Shown here: positions 60,262 to 64,000 of the stretch, in pieces
Layout of the letters: every line of letters begins with the position of its first letter
Numbering within the stretch: position 1 is the first letter of the stretch
Source: Azospira sp.
GTDB lineage: Bacteria > Pseudomonadota > Gammaproteobacteria > Burkholderiales > Rhodocyclaceae
NCBI GenBank assembly: GCA_035255085.1
Contig: DATEZY010000093.1
Coordinates: 15,183-79,182 of the forward strand
Direction of reading: 5' to 3'
Length of the DNA stretch: 64,000 nucleotides
The notes under the pieces: generated by a model
What the model saw: the letters and a program-made list of their open reading frames with translations, nothing else
What the model was told of the DNA's origin: nothing
Database searches by the model: none
Made by a program: the position numbers and the translations under genes

Positions 60262-61524
60262 ATGGACAAGACAGAAGGCCGAAATTTTCGCGATATCTTT
60301 TGCGCACGGCCTGTCGCGCCCTTCATCCGCTTGTTGTTCGCTCTGTTTTTCTGGGGGGCTGCAGAGGCGGCCCTGGCCGCAATTTCCGATGGTGAAATCC
60401 GCGTCGGGCTGCTGGTGGATATGCAGTCCACCTATGCGCACATTACGGGCAATGGGTCGGTGGTGGCGGCCCGCATGGCCATTGAGGATGTGGGCGGGAG
60501 CATTGCCGGCAAGCCGATTCGCCTGGTGACCGCCGACCACGGTAACGACGTGGACAAGAGCTCGGCCATTGCCCGGCGCTGGCTGTACCAGGATGGCGTG
60601 GATGTGATCGCCGATGTCGTCGGTTCTCCCATTGCCCTGGCGGTCCAGGAAATCAACCGGCCCAAGGGGGCCGTGATCTTCTATAACGGGGTCATGACCA
60701 GCGATATCACCGGTAGCCGCTGTGCCCCCACCGGCATTCACTGGATGTATGACGGTTATGCCTTTACCACCGTGCTGGGGCGCGAACTGACGCGACGGGG
60801 GGCCAAGACCTGGTCTTTCCTTACCGTGGATAATGCCTTCGGCAGCAATGTGGAGCAGGATCTGGCGACGGTGATCCGCGCCAACGGCGGCCAGGTGTTG
60901 GGCAGCGTCTATCACACCCGGGGGGAAGACCCGCTCTTCGCCAAGCTGCGCCAGGCGGCGGAGTCCGGCGCCCAGGCTATCGCCCTGGTGGACGCGGGCC
61001 AGGACATGATCCGGGCGGTACGCCAGAGTTTCGACCTGCTGCGGGTGAGTAAGGGCACCACGGTGCTGGCGGCCGTGGCCACGACCCTTAACGATGTGCA
61101 TCTGATGAAGCCCCAGCTGGCCCAGGGGTTGAAGCTGTCCCATTCATTCTATTGGAATCGGGATGCGGAGGCCCGGGCCTGGTCCAAGCGTTTCTTCGAG
61201 CGCACCGGAGCCATGCCCAACGATCTCCAGGCCGGGGTTTATTCCTCCCTGACCCATTACTTCAAGGCCGTGGCCGCTACCGGCAGCGACCAGGGCAGCA
61301 CGGTGGTGGCCAAGATGCGGGAACTGCCCATTCAGGACCCCATCGTGCGCCATGCCCGCCTGCGGGAGGATGGGCGCATGGTGCACGACATCTACCTGCT
61401 GGAAGTGAAGAAGCCGTCGGAAATCACCGAGCCCTGGGATTACCTGAAGATTCTCCACACCATTCCCGGGGACGAGGCCTTCAAGCCCCTGGCCGAGAGC
61501 GATTGTCCCTTGGTGAAGCACTAG
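60262..61524 (+). CDS. Type I periplasmic binding protein (branched-chain amino acid/ligand-binding family)
   Basis: ISDGEIRVGLL.D, ADH.N..D, DNAFG, LREDGRMVHDIYL.EVKKP, AFKPLAES.CP; SD GGGGAG; no permease nearby. Confidence 0.88.
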   Translation: MDKTEGRNFRDIFCARPVAPFIRLLFALFFWGAAEAALAAISDGEIRVGLLVDMQSTYAHITGNGSVVAARMAIEDVGGSIAGKPIRLVTADHGNDVDKSSAIARRWLYQDGVDVIADVVGSPIALAVQEINRPKGAVIFYNGVMTSDITGSRCAPTGIHWMYDGYAFTTVLGRELTRRGAKTWSFLTVDNAFGSNVEQDLATVIRANGGQVLGSVYHTRGEDPLFAKLRQAAESGAQAIALVDAGQDMIRAVRQSFDLLRVSKGTTVLAAVATTLNDVHLMKPQLAQGLKLSHSFYWNRDAEARAWSKRFFERTGAMPNDLQAGVYSSLTHYFKAVAATGSDQGSTVVAKMRELPIQDPIVRHARLREDGRMVHDIYLLEVKKPSEITEPWDYLKILHTIPGDEAFKPLAESDCPLVKH

Positions 61525-62569
61525 CTGAGGAGGCGGCAGGCCGGCGGGGCAGATTATTCCCCGGGCCGGCCAGGAAACGCTGGCCGGATTCATAGCCGAT
61601 CTGGAACAGGGTTTCCAGGTTGGTGCGGGACCAGTCCAGGGACGTTTCCCACTTGTCTGCGGGAATGTCGAAGGGCACCTTGAGCAGGTTCCACTTTTTG
61701 TCCCGGTTGTATTTTTCCTCGAAAATCTTGGTGTCGTCCCGGGCGATTTCCACCAGGGGAACGATGATGGAAAGCAGCCAGGCATCGTAGAGATCCCGGG
61801 GCGTGCGCATCAGCTGGTCCGCTCCCAGCACGTCGAATATCACGATGTCCTTGACCTCGGGTTCGTTGCTCACCAGGGCTTCGTAGTTGAGGCAATCATG
61901 GGCGGCTCCCTCGTAGTAGTACTTCTCCGTGCCGCTGCGCGGGTCCTTCATGCGATAGGGTGGGTAGAGGAAGGGGAAGGCTAGGGCGGCCCGTACCGTG
62001 TCGCTGGTGATTTCGTTCCGCTCGCTGCTGAAATTCTGCATGAGCCTGTCGTCGATGTTGTAGGCATTGACGTAGAAGCGCTCCCGGCGCTTTTTCAGGG
62101 CCTCGAAATCCACGGTCTGTTCCAGGAAGGGGACGGGGGCGCACAGTCCCAGGCTGTCGGCATTGAGGTCGGTGGGACAATTGATGGCAAAAAGCAGCTT
62201 GGTCCAGTCGGAAAACAGCTTGGCCATGTTGTTCTCGCCATACTGTTTTTCCAGGGCCTGGGCCATGGGATTGACCTGGAGCAGATTGCGGTAGAGGTCG
62301 GCGATGGCCCCGGGTTTCTGGAAGACCTTGAAATTGACCGGGTAGTGTTCGTAAATGACGTCCGCTACGCCCATCTCCACGGTGCGCTTCAGGGCGGCCC
62401 GGGAGTCGCCTCCCTGGGGAGCCAGGTAGAGTAGGCCGATCAGGGCACCGGCCCCGGCGGTGGAAACTACGTCGAATTCCACCCCCTCATCCTCGAACGC
62501 CACCAGGGCGCCGGACATGAGGGTGGCGTTGGGGGCGCCGCCCCCGATGATGAGTGCTGTCTTGGCCAT
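61481..62569 (-). CDS. Patatin-like protein with non-canonical catalytic motifs
   Basis: ALIIGGGAP, FDVVSTAGAGA, AALAFPFLYPP, YYEGA. Confidence 0.75.
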   Translation of the reverse strand: MAKTALIIGGGAPNATLMSGALVAFEDEGVEFDVVSTAGAGALIGLLYLAPQGGDSRAALKRTVEMGVADVIYEHYPVNFKVFQKPGAIADLYRNLLQVNPMAQALEKQYGENNMAKLFSDWTKLLFAINCPTDLNADSLGLCAPVPFLEQTVDFEALKKRRERFYVNAYNIDDRLMQNFSSERNEITSDTVRAALAFPFLYPPYRMKDPRSGTEKYYYEGAAHDCLNYEALVSNEPEVKDIVIFDVLGADQLMRTPRDLYDAWLLSIIVPLVEIARDDTKIFEEKYNRDKKWNLLKVPFDIPADKWETSLDWSRTNLETLFQIGYESGQRFLAGPGNNLPRRPAASSASASPRDNRSRPGA

Positions 62570-62636
62570 GCGGATCCTCCGGAAAATTGTTCCGGAAAGG
62601 CCGGGCTTGCGCCCCATGGAGGGGGCGTGCCCTGGG

Positions 62637-64000
62637 TCAGGCCGTCAGTTGCCGGAACAGGTCTTTGACTGCCGCCACCCGGTCATTGAGGTTGGGGCAA
62701 TGACGCAAGAATAACAGCTTGTCCTGGCCGGCCAGGCGGTAATTCCGGTTCTTCTGGATCAAGCCGATGATGCGCATGGGGTCGATGGGCGGATTCTTGC
62801 AGAACTGCACCGTCACCTGGTCGGCCGTGGCATCCAGCTTGGTCACCCCCAGGGGCTTGGCCAGCAGCCGCAGGCGGTGGGTGGCCAGCAGGCTTTGCCC
62901 CTGCAGCGGCAGTTCGCCGAAACGGTCGATCAATTCCTCCTGCAGGGCGGCGATGTCGTCCTCCACCTCGCAGTTGGAGAGGCGCTTGTACAGGGTCAGG
63001 CGCTCGTGCACATCCGGGCAGTAGGCATCGGGCAGGAGGGCCGGGGAATGGAGATTGATCTCGGTGGCGATGCCCAGGGGTTGGGTCAGATCCGGTTCCC
63101 GGCCCTGCTTCAGGGCGGCGACCGCCCGGTTGAGCATGTCGGTATAGAGGTTGAAGCCCACTTCCTGCATTTCGCCGGACTGGTTTTCTCCCAGCACCTC
63201 GCCGGCGCCACGGATTTCCAGGTCGTGCATAGCCAGGTAGAAGCCGGCCCCCAGGTCTTCCATGTGCTGGATCGCCTCCAGGCGCTGCTTGGCCTGCTTG
63301 GTCAGGGCCTTCTCGTCCTGCACCAGCAGGTAGGCGTAGGCCTGGTGGTGGGACCGGCCGACGCGGCCGCGCAACTGGTGCAGCTGGGCTAGGCCGAACT
63401 TCTCCGAGCGGTTGATGAGGATGGTGTTGGCGTGGGGATTGTCGATACCGGTCTCGATGATGGTGGTGCACAGCAGCAGGTTGGCCCGCTGCTGGGTGAA
63501 GTCCCGCATCACCCGCTCCAGCTCCCGCTCGTTCATCTGGCCGTGGCCGATGACGATGCGGGCCTCGGGCACCAGCTTGGCGAGCTTCTCCTGCATGTTG
63601 TCGATGGTGTCCACCTCGTTGTGCAGGAAGTACACCTGGCCGCCCCGCTTCAGCTCCCGCAGCACTGCCTCACGGATGATGCCGTCGGAGAACTTGGAGA
63701 CGAAGGTCTTGATCGCCAGCCGCTTTTGCGGCGCCGTGGCGATGACCGAGAAGTCCCGCAGGCCTTCCAGGCTCATGGCCAGGGTGCGGGGAATGGGGGT
63801 GGCGGTCAGGGTCAGCACATCCACCTCGGCCCGCAGCGCTTTCAGGGCTTCCTTCTGGCGCACGCCGAAACGGTGTTCCTCGTCGATCATCACCAGGCCC
63901 AGGCGATCGAACTTCACCTCCTTGGAAATGAGCTTATGGGTGCCGATAACGATATCGATCTTGCCCTCGGCCATTTCCTTCAGGGCCTGGGTGGTTTCCT
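62637..64000 (-). CDS. mfd: Transcription-repair coupling factor Mfd (C-terminal part; truncated by window edge)
   Basis: IDEEHRFGV, LTATPIPRT, TTIIETGID, QLRGRVGR, DLEIRGAGE, TRCF domain. Confidence 0.97.
   Translation of the reverse strand, partial: ETTQALKEMAEGKIDIVIGTHKLISKEVKFDRLGLVMIDEEHRFGVRQKEALKALRAEVDVLTLTATPIPRTLAMSLEGLRDFSVIATAPQKRLAIKTFVSKFSDGIIREAVLRELKRGGQVYFLHNEVDTIDNMQEKLAKLVPEARIVIGHGQMNERELERVMRDFTQQRANLLLCTTIIETGIDNPHANTILINRSEKFGLAQLHQLRGRVGRSHHQAYAYLLVQDEKALTKQAKQRLEAIQHMEDLGAGFYLAMHDLEIRGAGEVLGENQSGEMQEVGFNLYTDMLNRAVAALKQGREPDLTQPLGIATEINLHSPALLPDAYCPDVHERLTLYKRLSNCEVEDDIAALQEELIDRFGELPLQGQSLLATHRLRLLAKPLGVTKLDATADQVTVQFCKNPPIDPMRIIGLIQKNRNYRLAGQDKLLFLRHCPNLNDRVAAVKDLFRQLTA

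Overview
A GC-rich bacterial chromosomal segment. Gene content and order (bamD-rluD-pgeF...phaC-phaB-phaR-rimO, alaA-hom-thrC, serB...mfd) suggest a betaproteobacterium, probably Rhodocyclales; this is inference, not a database result. It is mostly housekeeping: arnT cluster end, amino-acid biosynthesis, nadC, nnr, dnaQ/rnhA/gloB, rmuC, PHA synthesis, hslO, tex, pepD, rlmJ, mfd. I saw no rRNA, tRNA, CRISPR array, IS or prophage. The best candidate for an undescribed system is a tightly coupled three-gene unit at 14478-19705: TonB-dependent receptor, orphan periplasmic binding protein, and a membrane GGDEF-EAL protein with a BarA/GacS-like sensor region. It has no permease or ATPase and looks like a trans-envelope c-di-GMP signalling relay. 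Other oddities: a binding protein/hybrid kinase divergon, an Hsp33 missing two of four zinc cysteines, a patatin with substituted catalytic motifs, orphan fliW and nosD, a soluble Ser/Thr kinase-HDOD protein, a very acidic RluD tail, and a terminator-bounded pair of small divergent ORFs with phased direct repeats. All product calls come from motif recognition by eye; several start codons were adjusted from the ORF track.
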